DNA of 64,000 nucleotides from a virus: IMG/VR virus record IMGVR_UViG_3300021375_000025, positions 5,508 to 69,507 of that record; one strand, 5' to 3'. Shown piece by piece: positions 49,001 to 57,421 of this stretch (position 1 is its first letter; each line of letters starts with the position of its first letter). The notes under the pieces were generated by a model. It saw only the letters and a program-made list of their open reading frames with translations, ran no database searches and was not told where the DNA came from. The position numbers and the translations under genes were made by a program.

Positions 49001-50520
49001 GACAGCCTAGAAGTAATTGGGACAACACTGACGTAATGACCGAAACTGGAGAAGTTTATGTTTACCAATTGCAATTAGACGGCGGCAATACTGTGTGGAA
49101 TCAAGTACAAAGAATACAAGATACATATGTTCCTGGACTTGCGGCAAATGCTGCCGGGAAAGCATTTGGACACGCAGTCAGTATTACGCCAGATGGTAAT
49201 ACACTAGTCATCGGCGCACCTACAATTGCTTATGGTAGTGTCGATCCTGAAGTGTCGGGACAAAATCATAGTGCAGCAGTCTACACAAAAAACGCCACCG
49301 GCACGTTTGTCAAAATTCAAGATATTGATTTTAGAGACATATACAATATTACTGGCAAGCTTGGACTAAGATGTGAAATAAGTGACGATGCTAGTACCAT
49401 TGTGTTTAGTGACTACAACTATGGTACTAACAATGGTATTGTTGCAGTGTTTAAAAAGGTAGGCAGTTCTTATAATAGTTTCCAGTTGATAGATCATATA
49501 ACAAGTCTCTGGAGTGATGGTTCTCGCACAGGACAAGATCTTGCAATAAGCGGAGACGGTAGTGTAATAGCAATCGGACAACCGGGAGACGGTAATGCGC
49601 AATCCGGAAAAGTTCTAGTTTACAAATATACCACAGGAGGCTATCAGCTAGTACATTCTCTTGCAGCTAACTATGAAGGAGACGACTTTGGTTACAGTGT
49701 AGATATGACTCCAGACGGTGGAACTATTGTTGTAGGTTGTCCGGGCTTTAATGAAGATAGAGGAACAGTATACACATTTACAGGAAATGTTAATGACGGA
49801 TATACCCAAGGTTATATACTAGCACCCAATGACGAATTTTATACTCCTCGTCAAAGAACTGGTCATAGTGTGTCAATAGATAAGTTTGCTAGTACAATTA
49901 TTGCAGGAGCGCCTTATCATGGTCCTGACGGAAGGCCAGCAGAATTTGATAGTACTGGCGAAGTTGGTAGAGTTATAACGTTCTATAATAATGCAGGAAC
50001 TTGGACTTATGCTAACTCTTACATTCCTACAGGGTTAAGAAACTATATTAAAAATACCAGTGTCGATTTTTGGCTTGCTAGACAATTTGGTTCTAATGCA
50101 GTAATTGCTCCAAGCGGTTATCAATGTGTAGTAGGCGACTTTATTACAGAAGAAATTACTATTCTTAGTCCTTCTAAAGTAAATCTTAACTCAGAAATAT
50201 TAAATAGTGCTTACAACTTTACAACTGATTATTCTACAGGAATATTAGAGTCAGGTAATATAACAGCAGGCGGCACCACAATTGAAATTGAACTTCCTGA
50301 TTTGTGGCCGACTGGTATAGACAGTGTACAAAACTATACTATAGGCGATACAACAAATGTCGACGGAATAATTGTAAGTGCATCTATTGTAAACAGAACA
50401 CTTACAATTAGTCATACATCAGATGCATCAGGGTCTAGCACTATCGAAATATTGCCGCCGGCAGCAGTTAGACAAGGCCTAACACTAAACAGCACTATCA
50501 TTAAGTTAAATTGGGTATAA
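43003..50520 (+). CDS. Giant adhesin-like virion protein (2505 aa): cadherin/Ig-like domains, a LamG-like domain and FG-GAP beta-propeller
   Basis: ASDPDG and VSDG cadherin-like motifs; GDFTIEF...WRHYAIVY...LWVNG LamG; FG.(S/A)V.(I/M)..DG...(V/A)(V/I)GAP repeats. Confidence 0.8.
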   Translation: MSQYSQLRRAGLPSIFVYDVPDNLPLVNVTAGTIAFIESISGLFIYSNGWRPLDTSSDGPVISVAPLSISVESGTEYTTTIEASDPDGLPVVYSITTTGNVAENTEVSIDEDTGVLTLLSNNPYTDNFSIILTVSDGVFATTRTIPVTIENRLPVFTVEPAEAITGNVGTEFSYQYTVTDPDDSTSLTYTIDEILSPAFPNFQPLQTIYSNNAFDNRGYSFYSSTGGNYLALLPSTEALGSGRIRDGIYIYKYDQTDNKFKLFQKNITVQNPVDSNNNSELSPSAINNEFFFVTEYSTLTSTRTGKIMKYDEITDQFIDWAGGTLGSEVNAGNSFRGSSATFCKTSNNETALIMGMNGGSGNDIIVWVYDSQSDTWILKVTEIYSNDNKFLTATGGNVIDRDVVVFAANQLNVNPWREYEIATHDDREGGTTAVFELNLIGEDQGSVTANSYALVPRVVAAGSNAAHGLAKSIEPNDNSGWNPVGTFFTDENTLWCAHYDGTLFKVTRGNTLDSANGSAWLSGDNYPSPATPSVSLAGYTGGSAVIKKYAPTSAAYTPSLSAMVNAIKYLDRLVVNGNIGSLGSYKFIIDDEASTVQYVDEFDTTSYPMSVFGRPGPSGNQQAVCLFNRDNGLLIYVDNKSIPGGFVKTYTVGLDSSVDANGVVSGKVKSIGTYNITTSVSDSIDTILDVVSLQVPAGVNFTQNPSSTLTISSANTATFDTDVIGNNYGAQTPRIKFSSDIPHTLKGSISGATSMAVKGNDLIALVGDEVRVYNISELGELSSSYSVINTDDITNSYSKITNIYATEDYLILGRENNTGDADLTIGRVTLTDDVVERDYDIYRSSSRSYENYVDTNWYYFTDLHQNDLDATQFIEFSYSVSITNGNRQYDGLLLSIKKYDPISNAVSTVATRAVAPSIDTDEYNRPKFFRSHHRDYQGAAGTGIIWLMWHGTYPEGAEVIKLTYTNNSISFVSSSRTTSGIGIGNHGPSYDQGHHPAASSSDGTWFATGYDYRQLYVSNGTIAKRFSEAVGQDVNFKQVGFVKISGVYHLVTTTKINSTNYSVELWDFDPADLSPNGTITLLDSFSTTNINDSYKILGPIASDDDNNIIVGLTRFSVNALSKTLTMESNNIGAASTGLYEYTSLYTGSNMQRLEYDSTLSLWLVYPGLTLPAGDDIHQSRNSTISAFSLNPITKVITLVESAYPHTLSNQDSYTGVNSKGQFFTSEQSSKRSTSTLEASYRQWYYYGHWYHRGSIFGAGALEFYDNDYNHHSSLQFPSSVSNPGFGNLAGGILQNTGATSDDTYLVIGQPWITPQGGMSSYIFNIDTSEWSLHSSLTSHNQWSEAEVTNNNFGHSLAKFGNIILEAGPRLIDAAGWAIDWNDHVTVLGNRDGELRRDYIFAERQTNGMLDEIIDQSRRGFAQRVFAKSYMAWASPENVTVFNSASNNPTKSIQETIKQSPQTFTTTDYHLLSPPVAFTGSLRSSDDARHGLFLTDPETDRALLFEPPGDFTIEFHYRCSDTIGSVSSIITAEAFTNDFNIAGKGFGIRILGGRLEFHENYYQPSTFRGVKWLDVAPNDGVWRHYAIVYNSVEETHTLWVNGIKISQQASTVVSNPKIWKSVTPTSSSPTYNWTLLGTTERQAGDQVFDIANFIITYDAQYDTNDNQIDISVYSKLLPDKDLTNAWLAIGINGLIEYSRNHNVENVGIGLSGTPSTYTPSNITTSGWGRHISGNDNMLATASTGSLFIFARDVHNKFNIEQPINISGIEDISVLDNEADSVILLTNTGVKVYSRDISNYFKNSTSLSSGAVVLYPNLLASGNYTLKSIATDGVDVRIKDTAITQNAVFDYSSVTDTTIALEWGNTDVQTLPVSDTFDTTWHYAFTDSTESLSQIELSESSDGYELTVAPDTITHDKFVIDLDVEVGDERETAATLTYNTYSSWKLGPFDGGDLRGSAVVNRKTPNLNGNEQADQSYYYGYALDMSDQDVPGSTSGSYVVVGQPRSNWDNTDVMTETGEVYVYQLQLDGGNTVWNQVQRIQDTYVPGLAANAAGKAFGHAVSITPDGNTLVIGAPTIAYGSVDPEVSGQNHSAAVYTKNATGTFVKIQDIDFRDIYNITGKLGLRCEISDDASTIVFSDYNYGTNNGIVAVFKKVGSSYNSFQLIDHITSLWSDGSRTGQDLAISGDGSVIAIGQPGDGNAQSGKVLVYKYTTGGYQLVHSLAANYEGDDFGYSVDMTPDGGTIVVGCPGFNEDRGTVYTFTGNVNDGYTQGYILAPNDEFYTPRQRTGHSVSIDKFASTIIAGAPYHGPDGRPAEFDSTGEVGRVITFYNNAGTWTYANSYIPTGLRNYIKNTSVDFWLARQFGSNAVIAPSGYQCVVGDFITEEITILSPSKVNLNSEILNSAYNFTTDYSTGILESGNITAGGTTIEIELPDLWPTGIDSVQNYTIGDTTNVDGIIVSASIVNRTLTISHTSDASGSSTIEILPPAAVRQGLTLNSTIIKLNWV

Positions 50521-50526
50521 TAAAAA

Positions 50527-52206
50527 ATGGCAATATATAAAATTATAAAAAATAGTTCAACTAAAAAACTAGGAATATACGGTGCTCCGGAAGAATTGCC
50601 CAGTGATGCACTAGCTGCTGATTTAGCATTTGTTGCAAGTGTAGGTAGATTGTTTGTGTATACTGGCGCCGGTTGGCTACCTGTCATTTCAGATAACGCT
50701 GCACCTACATGGTTGTCTAAACCTGATGTTAATGTTACAATACTAATAGGAAATACTTATTCGAACACTCTTGCATATCTAGATCCTGAAGACATTGCAG
50801 GAACTTTTACATACCAGCTAACGTCTGGTAGCTTAGGCGATAACACATTAACTACAGACAACGAAAATTTTAATATACAAGGAATAGAAGCAGCAACTTT
50901 TAATTTAACATTTAGAGCAAGTGATACTGTTAACGAAATTGTAAGCACAACTAGTTTTGTAGTTAGAAAAGAACGATGGAATGTTGAGCAAACTAGTACA
51001 CTTAATTTAAATCAAACGTTTGCAAATACACACTTAGGTAATGCTATTGCAATTGACGACACAGGTGTTTATGCTGTTGCAGGCGCTTACAACTACGGCA
51101 GTCCTAGTAGTAGTGCAGGGAGAATAACATTTTTGAAACGCAACGGTGCTAGTTGGACAAATTTAGGAGAATTTTCTGCAACTGATGCAGGTCTAGGTGA
51201 TCAGTTTGGTTACAGTGTAAGTATAAACGAAGACGGAAATTTTGCGGCAGTTGGCTCATGGGCAGACGACAACGACGGCTATATCAACAACGGAGCAGTT
51301 TACATTTTTGCTAGAACCGGAGACGTTTGGGTGCAGATACACAAGGAACACGGACCAGCTGCTAACAATGCATACTTTGGCAAAAGCGTTGCTATAAGAA
51401 ACAATATATTGTTTGCAGGTGCGCCGGGAGTTAATAGTAATCGAGGCGCAGTATACACTTATACTACTACTAACTCGGGAATTACATGGACACCGGGTTT
51501 GTCGTATACATCAGTAACCGGAACTAGCGCCAGCAGTTTATTTGGAGAAACTATTGCGGTTGCTGTAGAAGACGACAGCACACAGCCTGATGTAACACTT
51601 GTAGTTGGTGCTCCAGGAGATAGTTTGAGTAGAGGCGCTGCATTTGCAATTGACAATGATATTGGAGACTGGACAACCGGTGGTGGAGCAACTGTTACTA
51701 CGACAAAACTTACAGGGCAATACGACGGCGCTGGTGATCAGTTTGGTGCTAGCCTAAGTATACTAGCTGGTAAGATTGTTGTCGGAGTTCCGTTTAGTGA
51801 TTTTAACACACTAGAGGGCGGCTTAGCTTATCAATTCTATTATAACACAGCAAACAACAGCTGGACAGAACAAAATATTATACAACCTGAAGACCCTGCA
51901 AATTATGATTATTTTGGTAAGAGTGTTAGTATTAGTACAAATACAGAATATCCTGCAGAAACAATCAAAGACACAGTAATGATAGGTGCGTCTGGTAAAA
52001 ATGCTGCCTACGGATTTGCATGGAACAGTGATAATAGCACTTACGAACAACTAACAAAAGTTGTACCCGGTAATATTTCCGCTGGTGATGCATTCGGAAG
52101 TGCTGTTGCAATAAATGGTAACTACGGATTAGTGAGTGCAATAAATAGAAATAGTACCGGCGGCATTAGTAACGTAGGTGAAATATTCCACATCAGTTTA
52201 GGATAA
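50527..52206 (+). CDS. Ig-like + FG-GAP beta-propeller virion protein
   Basis: Seven (F/L)G.(S/A/T)(V/I/L).(I/V) blades; N-terminal domain shared with 43003 and 52210. Confidence 0.8.
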   Translation: MAIYKIIKNSSTKKLGIYGAPEELPSDALAADLAFVASVGRLFVYTGAGWLPVISDNAAPTWLSKPDVNVTILIGNTYSNTLAYLDPEDIAGTFTYQLTSGSLGDNTLTTDNENFNIQGIEAATFNLTFRASDTVNEIVSTTSFVVRKERWNVEQTSTLNLNQTFANTHLGNAIAIDDTGVYAVAGAYNYGSPSSSAGRITFLKRNGASWTNLGEFSATDAGLGDQFGYSVSINEDGNFAAVGSWADDNDGYINNGAVYIFARTGDVWVQIHKEHGPAANNAYFGKSVAIRNNILFAGAPGVNSNRGAVYTYTTTNSGITWTPGLSYTSVTGTSASSLFGETIAVAVEDDSTQPDVTLVVGAPGDSLSRGAAFAIDNDIGDWTTGGGATVTTTKLTGQYDGAGDQFGASLSILAGKIVVGVPFSDFNTLEGGLAYQFYYNTANNSWTEQNIIQPEDPANYDYFGKSVSISTNTEYPAETIKDTVMIGASGKNAAYGFAWNSDNSTYEQLTKVVPGNISAGDAFGSAVAINGNYGLVSAINRNSTGGISNVGEIFHISLG

Positions 52207-52209
52207 AAT

Positions 52210-54126
52210 ATGACTGCATCATATAGAAATATAAAAAACAGCGCAAGTAAAAATTATGTAACGTACGAGTTACCGGAAGATTTACCACTGTCTAATATTA
52301 TACAAGGAACACTAGCTTTTGTTAAAAGTGTGTCGAGCCTATATGTATACGACAGTGGTTGGCAACCTATACAACTTTCAAACGAAGTACCTACACTAAA
52401 CAACGTGCCTCCTGCAACTGTTAGTATTCCGATTGGGGGCTCGTACAGTATTGATCTTGCTGCAACAGATCCTGACGGATTGCCGATTACATGGAGTTAC
52501 GAAGTTGTTGGCGGTAGTTTAAGTATCAATACACTAAGTCTAAATCAAAATACATTTAGTTTTGGTGCACTAGATGATACTAGTTTTACTGTTAGATTTA
52601 CAGCAAGTGACAGTGTAAACACAATAACTTCAGATACAGTTTTTACAATTACAAATCAAGCACCGAGTGCTCCAACACTGCTATCAGACGGTACTTTATC
52701 TGTAACTGTATCTGCTCTTGAGTATGGACAAACATTAAACTATGAGTTTACCTCTGTTGATCCTGAAGGTGCATCTGTGATTTGGTCCTATGCGCCGCCG
52801 GACGAAGACCCTAATGATGTTATAATTAATTCAGCGTTGTCCAATAATGTACTAACTATTATTCCAGGCCAAGACACATCTCGACAAGTATTTGATATAA
52901 CTGCAAGTGATGGCAAATACTCAACAACTAGTGAGTTTAACTTTGGACTTCAACGGCCGGTCTTCCCCTATAATACTATCCAAACTACATTAAATAATCC
53001 ATTGACTACAAATTTTAATGATTATTTTGGTGGGCCCGGTAAAAAAACAGATTTGTGGAAAGATTTTCTAATAGTAGGATTTTTAGCCAGCGGCGTAAAT
53101 AGAGTGTACGTTTATAAAAAAAATCAATCTAATCAATATGTATTTGAAGACGAATTAGATCCTCCGAGCGGAACATTTCTTAGTTTTGGACGATGTGTTT
53201 TAATTTACGACGACTATGCATATATAAGTGCAAATGAAGAAGTATCTCCAGGAGTTGCACCTGGAGTTGTGTTGATATACCAAAGAGGCGGTAGTGGAAC
53301 GTGGACTTATGTAAATAAATTAACTGGCATTGATACAAATTTTGGTAAAACTATTGATATTTTTAAAGATAAATTAATTATAAACAATAACTATTATACA
53401 GGCAGTGATTCTACTTGGACTCTATCACAGACAATAAGTATCCCCAATTATCCTGGAACATCTATTGCCGTTTGCGGCAGCAGCTGGGCAACAAGTGTTG
53501 CAATTCATAATAATGTGTTGTGCATCAGCGCAATTCATAGAAATTCTGAAATCACAGGTAGTAGTCTATCTCAACAAGGACTAGTAGCTGTATTTGATTA
53601 CGATAGTGACAACGACGAGTTTGTATTTGATACACCGTTGTTTTCTTCAGTTGACGAAAACAACGGTATTGGACTTCAGGAAACTATAGCAATATATGAT
53701 GATACTATTGTGTTAGGAGCGCCTGAACGAGGCGGCGGCTATGGCGGGATCTACATCTGGACAAGGCCATCTGACACCAATACCTGGACCTTGCAACTAG
53801 AGTATTTTAGTGACAAACTTAATGATCATTTTGGAGAGTGTGTCGATATCTGGGACACTGAAATTGTAACTACTGGTAGGAAAAACCGCTCTAATAGTTC
53901 TTATGCAACTATGTGGATATTTTATGGTAGTAATCAAGCTAATGGTCGCAGTTGGCCAAATAACCCTCCAACCTGGAGAGAATTTACAGACGCTGAATTA
54001 ACAGACGGATTTAGCGGCGCAAATCAAGAGTTTAACATTACAAAGATACAGTGGAATAATATTGTTGTCGGCGGATATAATGTAGGAACTAACGGTAGAT
54101 TATTTACTTTTTCTGCTAGTGGTTAA
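52210..54126 (+). CDS. Ig-like + degenerate FG-GAP propeller virion protein
   Basis: ATDPDG and SVDPEG Ig motifs; FG..(V/I).I repeats; shared N-terminal domain. Confidence 0.78.
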   Translation: MTASYRNIKNSASKNYVTYELPEDLPLSNIIQGTLAFVKSVSSLYVYDSGWQPIQLSNEVPTLNNVPPATVSIPIGGSYSIDLAATDPDGLPITWSYEVVGGSLSINTLSLNQNTFSFGALDDTSFTVRFTASDSVNTITSDTVFTITNQAPSAPTLLSDGTLSVTVSALEYGQTLNYEFTSVDPEGASVIWSYAPPDEDPNDVIINSALSNNVLTIIPGQDTSRQVFDITASDGKYSTTSEFNFGLQRPVFPYNTIQTTLNNPLTTNFNDYFGGPGKKTDLWKDFLIVGFLASGVNRVYVYKKNQSNQYVFEDELDPPSGTFLSFGRCVLIYDDYAYISANEEVSPGVAPGVVLIYQRGGSGTWTYVNKLTGIDTNFGKTIDIFKDKLIINNNYYTGSDSTWTLSQTISIPNYPGTSIAVCGSSWATSVAIHNNVLCISAIHRNSEITGSSLSQQGLVAVFDYDSDNDEFVFDTPLFSSVDENNGIGLQETIAIYDDTIVLGAPERGGGYGGIYIWTRPSDTNTWTLQLEYFSDKLNDHFGECVDIWDTEIVTTGRKNRSNSSYATMWIFYGSNQANGRSWPNNPPTWREFTDAELTDGFSGANQEFNITKIQWNNIVVGGYNVGTNGRLFTFSASG

Positions 54127-54132
54127 TATTTA

Positions 54133-54140
54133 CATAAATA
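54133..54140 (+). promoter_or_regulatory. T4-like late promoter (CATAAATA)
   Basis: Intergenic motif upstream of 54164. Confidence 0.65.
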
Positions 54141-54163
54141 CATTAACAGCATAGGAATACAAC

Positions 54164-54727
54164 ATGGAACATTTTGTAAGAATAGTAATGGAAAAGCAAG
54201 AAGGCGCTCAATTATTAGATGAGAGCGTTTTTGCAGAACAAGAAATTTACGAAACTGAACAAGGTGGAACTGTATTTCAAATTCCTCTACAAAGAGAATT
54301 GTCAGAAGACGAAGCAAACGAGTATGCTGAAAAATTAGCAAACTATATGTTTGAACAAGGCTACGAAGACTTTGATATTGAAATCAGTGCAGGTGATGCA
54401 GAAGTTGAAGAAGAAACATACGAAGGTGATGAGTTTTTTGAAAACTATGGCACTATGTGGTTCAATGAAGATGACGAAATTGATGAAGCAGAATATCAAG
54501 GACGCAAAGTACCATTAGGCAAGCCTATGCGCGGCGATGTTAAAAAGTTTAAAGTGTACGTTAAGGATCCTAAGACCAAGAATGTTAAGAAAGTTAACTT
54601 TGGCGATCCTGACATGAAAATTAAAAAGTCTAATCCAGCACGTAGACGTAGTTTCCGTGCAAGACATAATTGTGATAATCCAGGACCGAGAACCAAAGCT
54701 CGTTATTGGTCGTGCCGTAAGTGGTAA
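54164..54727 (+). CDS. Bipartite protein: very acidic N-half, very basic C-terminal domain (DUF6321-like); putative internal head protein
   Basis: Charge switches at ...DEIDE|AEYQGRKV...KVNFG...RRRSFRARHNC...ARYWSCRKW. Confidence 0.75.
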   Translation: MEHFVRIVMEKQEGAQLLDESVFAEQEIYETEQGGTVFQIPLQRELSEDEANEYAEKLANYMFEQGYEDFDIEISAGDAEVEEETYEGDEFFENYGTMWFNEDDEIDEAEYQGRKVPLGKPMRGDVKKFKVYVKDPKTKNVKKVNFGDPDMKIKKSNPARRRSFRARHNCDNPGPRTKARYWSCRKW

Positions 54728-54736
54728 GGAACTAAA

Positions 54737-55066
54737 ATGAGAATAGATGAATTTGCACAACCAACAGACGACCGTTTACCATTTGACGTAGTAGATGACG
54801 TTGCTATCTTTATGCGCAACGATCCAATGTTTTATCGCAAGCAGTTATTTCCTGCTATTATGAACATGAAAGATCGTATTGACACCAACAAAAAGTGTGT
54901 TGCAGAAGAATGTTTAGGCGAAGTATGCGGTCGTGCTATGGAAACATATTGTAATAAGTTTAACTTAGGCAGTATGAAAAATGTATTCAAACCTGAAGAC
55001 AAAGGATTGTTAATTAACAAAGTATTCGGCGAAGAAATGACACAGATACGCAATGGAGCGTACTAA
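54737..55066 (+). CDS. Hypothetical protein, putative internal head protein (MRIDEF...)
   Basis: AAGGA RBS; short N-terminal M-R-I-x-E motif. Confidence 0.7.
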   Translation: MRIDEFAQPTDDRLPFDVVDDVAIFMRNDPMFYRKQLFPAIMNMKDRIDTNKKCVAEECLGEVCGRAMETYCNKFNLGSMKNVFKPEDKGLLINKVFGEEMTQIRNGAY

Positions 55067-56118
55067 TGTTATTAAGAGAATTATTTGAAGCACCAGGAAA
55101 AACAGCAGTACTAGCATTTGGTAGATTAAATCCGCCAACAATAGGACACGCTAAACTTGTAGATAAGATTACTAGTATCGACGGCGATCATTACCTTTTT
55201 TTATCTCAAACACAAAAACCTAAAACTGATCCTTTAGACTTTGCTACTAAAATGAAGTTAGCAAAGCAATTCTTTCCAGGCATTAACATTGGGCATCAGG
55301 CAGTACGTACACCTGTACAAGCATTAGAACAACTACAAAGTCTAGGCTATACTGACGTTATCTTTATTGCAGGTTCAGATCGTGTAGACGCTTTCCAAAA
55401 ACTATTCGACACATACAACGGACAGACTGATAAAGCAGGTAATGTTCCTTTTAAATTTAATTCAATTAAAGTAGTAAGCGCAGGCGAGCGTGATCCAGAT
55501 GCAGATGGTGCAGAAGGTATGAGCGCAAGCAAAATGCGAGCAGCAGCCGCTGAAGGTAATCTAGAAGCATTTGCACAAGGTGTTCCAGATAAGAAACTTG
55601 CCAAGACTATGTATGATGCTGTACGCAAAGGTATGGGTGTTAAAGATGTTGTAGCAGCAGAAGACGTTAGCCCCGAAAATGAAAAGAAATTTCACAACGA
55701 ACTTGACGATTTAGTACACAAATACTTTGGTGATTCTCCTGACGAAGTGAAGATGAAAAAGAAAATGCGTAAAGTCAAAGAAGACGATCTTAATGAAGCA
55801 GTGCCACTTGTAGCAGCAGCAATTTGGATTATTAAATGGGCTATTAGATACGGTGCATGGCCAGTAATCAAATGGTTACTAAAGAAACATGGTGGAAAAA
55901 TTATAGGCGGCGCGGCAGCAGCATACTATATTGATCAAGGATGGGATTGGGTCAAAGACAAGATTGGTGCAGAATATGCACAGATGTTGATCGATAACAA
56001 GTTCGAAATCGGTATGGCAGTTGCACTTATCATTGGTGCAGTTGCACTTAAAAAGTATATGGAAAAACAAGGCGATAAACTTGTTAAAGCAAACGAATCA
56101 TTAATGGCGAGATCGTAA
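55066..56118 (+). CDS. HxGH-superfamily nucleotidyltransferase (cytidylyltransferase-like) with a C-terminal amphipathic/membrane extension
   Basis: FGRLNPPTIGH, AGSDR and GMSASKMR motifs; N-terminal MLLRELFE; about 105 aa Trp/Lys-rich tail after LNE. Confidence 0.85.
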   Translation: MLLRELFEAPGKTAVLAFGRLNPPTIGHAKLVDKITSIDGDHYLFLSQTQKPKTDPLDFATKMKLAKQFFPGINIGHQAVRTPVQALEQLQSLGYTDVIFIAGSDRVDAFQKLFDTYNGQTDKAGNVPFKFNSIKVVSAGERDPDADGAEGMSASKMRAAAAEGNLEAFAQGVPDKKLAKTMYDAVRKGMGVKDVVAAEDVSPENEKKFHNELDDLVHKYFGDSPDEVKMKKKMRKVKEDDLNEAVPLVAAAIWIIKWAIRYGAWPVIKWLLKKHGGKIIGGAAAAYYIDQGWDWVKDKIGAEYAQMLIDNKFEIGMAVALIIGAVALKKYMEKQGDKLVKANESLMARS

Positions 56119-56339
56119 TGGATGAACTCGAGCGTATAAAGAAACTTGCAGGCGTAAACGAATTCAAAGGTTACACAGAGTATACTCTTGAGAATATTAG
56201 TGACGCTGCTAATGCAAATGCTAAGAAGATGCGTAAAGATAATATCAAACCAGGCGACAAAGAATGGTTTGAATTATGGTTTGGATTGCCTAAGATGACA
56301 GGCGAGAATATGCCTAAAGGCTTTAGAGGACGCAAGTAA
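56118..56339 (+). CDS. Small hypothetical protein (IKPGDKEWFELWF), putative internal head protein
   Basis: TAATG coupling; MDELERIKKLAGVNE leader. Confidence 0.75.
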   Translation: MDELERIKKLAGVNEFKGYTEYTLENISDAANANAKKMRKDNIKPGDKEWFELWFGLPKMTGENMPKGFRGRK

Positions 56340-56584
56340 TGGGTTTAAGAACTTGGTGGAAAAAAGTTTGGCGAGAAGAGTATGAGCTAATCATAACTGT
56401 TCCCGGCGAAGTAACCATACACTCAGATGGTTCACGTACTGAAAAGAAAGCACAACAATTTTATCAAGCAAAAAAGATAGCAAAGGCTACTCCTAAGTAT
56501 TTTTTATTTTACGACTTAGATGGCAAAAAGAATGAAATTAAATTTTTAAAACCTGTAGACTTTCATATAGTAAAGATTTGGTAG
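56339..56584 (+). CDS. Small basic hypothetical protein
   Basis: TAATG coupling; GAGGA RBS. Confidence 0.7.
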   Translation: MGLRTWWKKVWREEYELIITVPGEVTIHSDGSRTEKKAQQFYQAKKIAKATPKYFLFYDLDGKKNEIKFLKPVDFHIVKIW

Positions 56585-56585
56585 T

Positions 56586-57221
56586 ATGCGTATTAGAGAC
56601 ATCACAGAAGGCGTTGGACGCATCACTAAACAGAATCAAACTGTTGATGTCGGACCTGATGAAGTCACAAAACAAGCTGCTAAGTTTGGCAATAAAGTAG
56701 ACAAAGACGGACGTCCGCCTACTCTAAGCAAACGTGTAAAAGGTAAGTCAACTAATGTGTTGTTTAATCTAGGACTTGCTGAAGGTTACAAACTACAATT
56801 AGAACGTGACAAAGAACTATTAGTATTACATATTAAAGATACTGCTACAGGCAAGCGTACAGAAGTACGTGGCAAGCCAGGTTATGAAACCGACTATGAT
56901 CCTAACGATAGTTTGCACATACTGTTAGACAAAGTAGGCAAGAGTGCTAACATCAGTGAACTAATGAATGGCGAAGTTGTAACTATTAATCCTAAACATC
57001 CTGATGCTGATCGTGCAAAAGCAGCAACAGATAAAGCATACAGTGAAAACTTTGCTGATGGTAAGAAAAAAGGCAAAAGCAGACCGGGTCGTGTAAAACG
57101 TAGTGGTGCTAGTTGCAATGGTAGTGTTACAGCACTACGCAAACGTGCTAAAAATGCAAGTGGTGAAAAGGCTAAAATGTATCACTGGTGCGCCAATATG
57201 AAGTCGGGGAAAAAGAAGTAA
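56586..57221 (+). CDS. Modular basic protein, putative internal head polyprotein
   Basis: MRIRDITE|GVGRIT...LAE|GYKLQL...YSE|NFADGKKKGKSRPGRVKRSGASC...HWCANMKSGKKK. Confidence 0.75.
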   Translation: MRIRDITEGVGRITKQNQTVDVGPDEVTKQAAKFGNKVDKDGRPPTLSKRVKGKSTNVLFNLGLAEGYKLQLERDKELLVLHIKDTATGKRTEVRGKPGYETDYDPNDSLHILLDKVGKSANISELMNGEVVTINPKHPDADRAKAATDKAYSENFADGKKKGKSRPGRVKRSGASCNGSVTALRKRAKNASGEKAKMYHWCANMKSGKKK

Positions 57222-57421
57222 TGTTTAGTAAACAATGTAAACAACATTTAGAAGAACAAAACGAAACCGGCTTACAGCATATGCGAGCAGCTCTTTGGGT
57301 AGCACTACGTTTACAATTACTTGTACCAATGCTTATAATACATAGTATTGCTCCTCGATTCTTCACACACAAAGGATCACAAGTAATACAAGACATATTA
57401 GACGACAGGAATGCAAAATGA
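57221..57421 (+). CDS. Small hydrophobic protein (DUF6356-like; HL...NET..QH...A...IIHSI.P.FF)
   Basis: ATG at 57221 overlaps the upstream TAA. Confidence 0.65.
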   Translation: MFSKQCKQHLEEQNETGLQHMRAALWVALRLQLLVPMLIIHSIAPRFFTHKGSQVIQDILDDRNAK

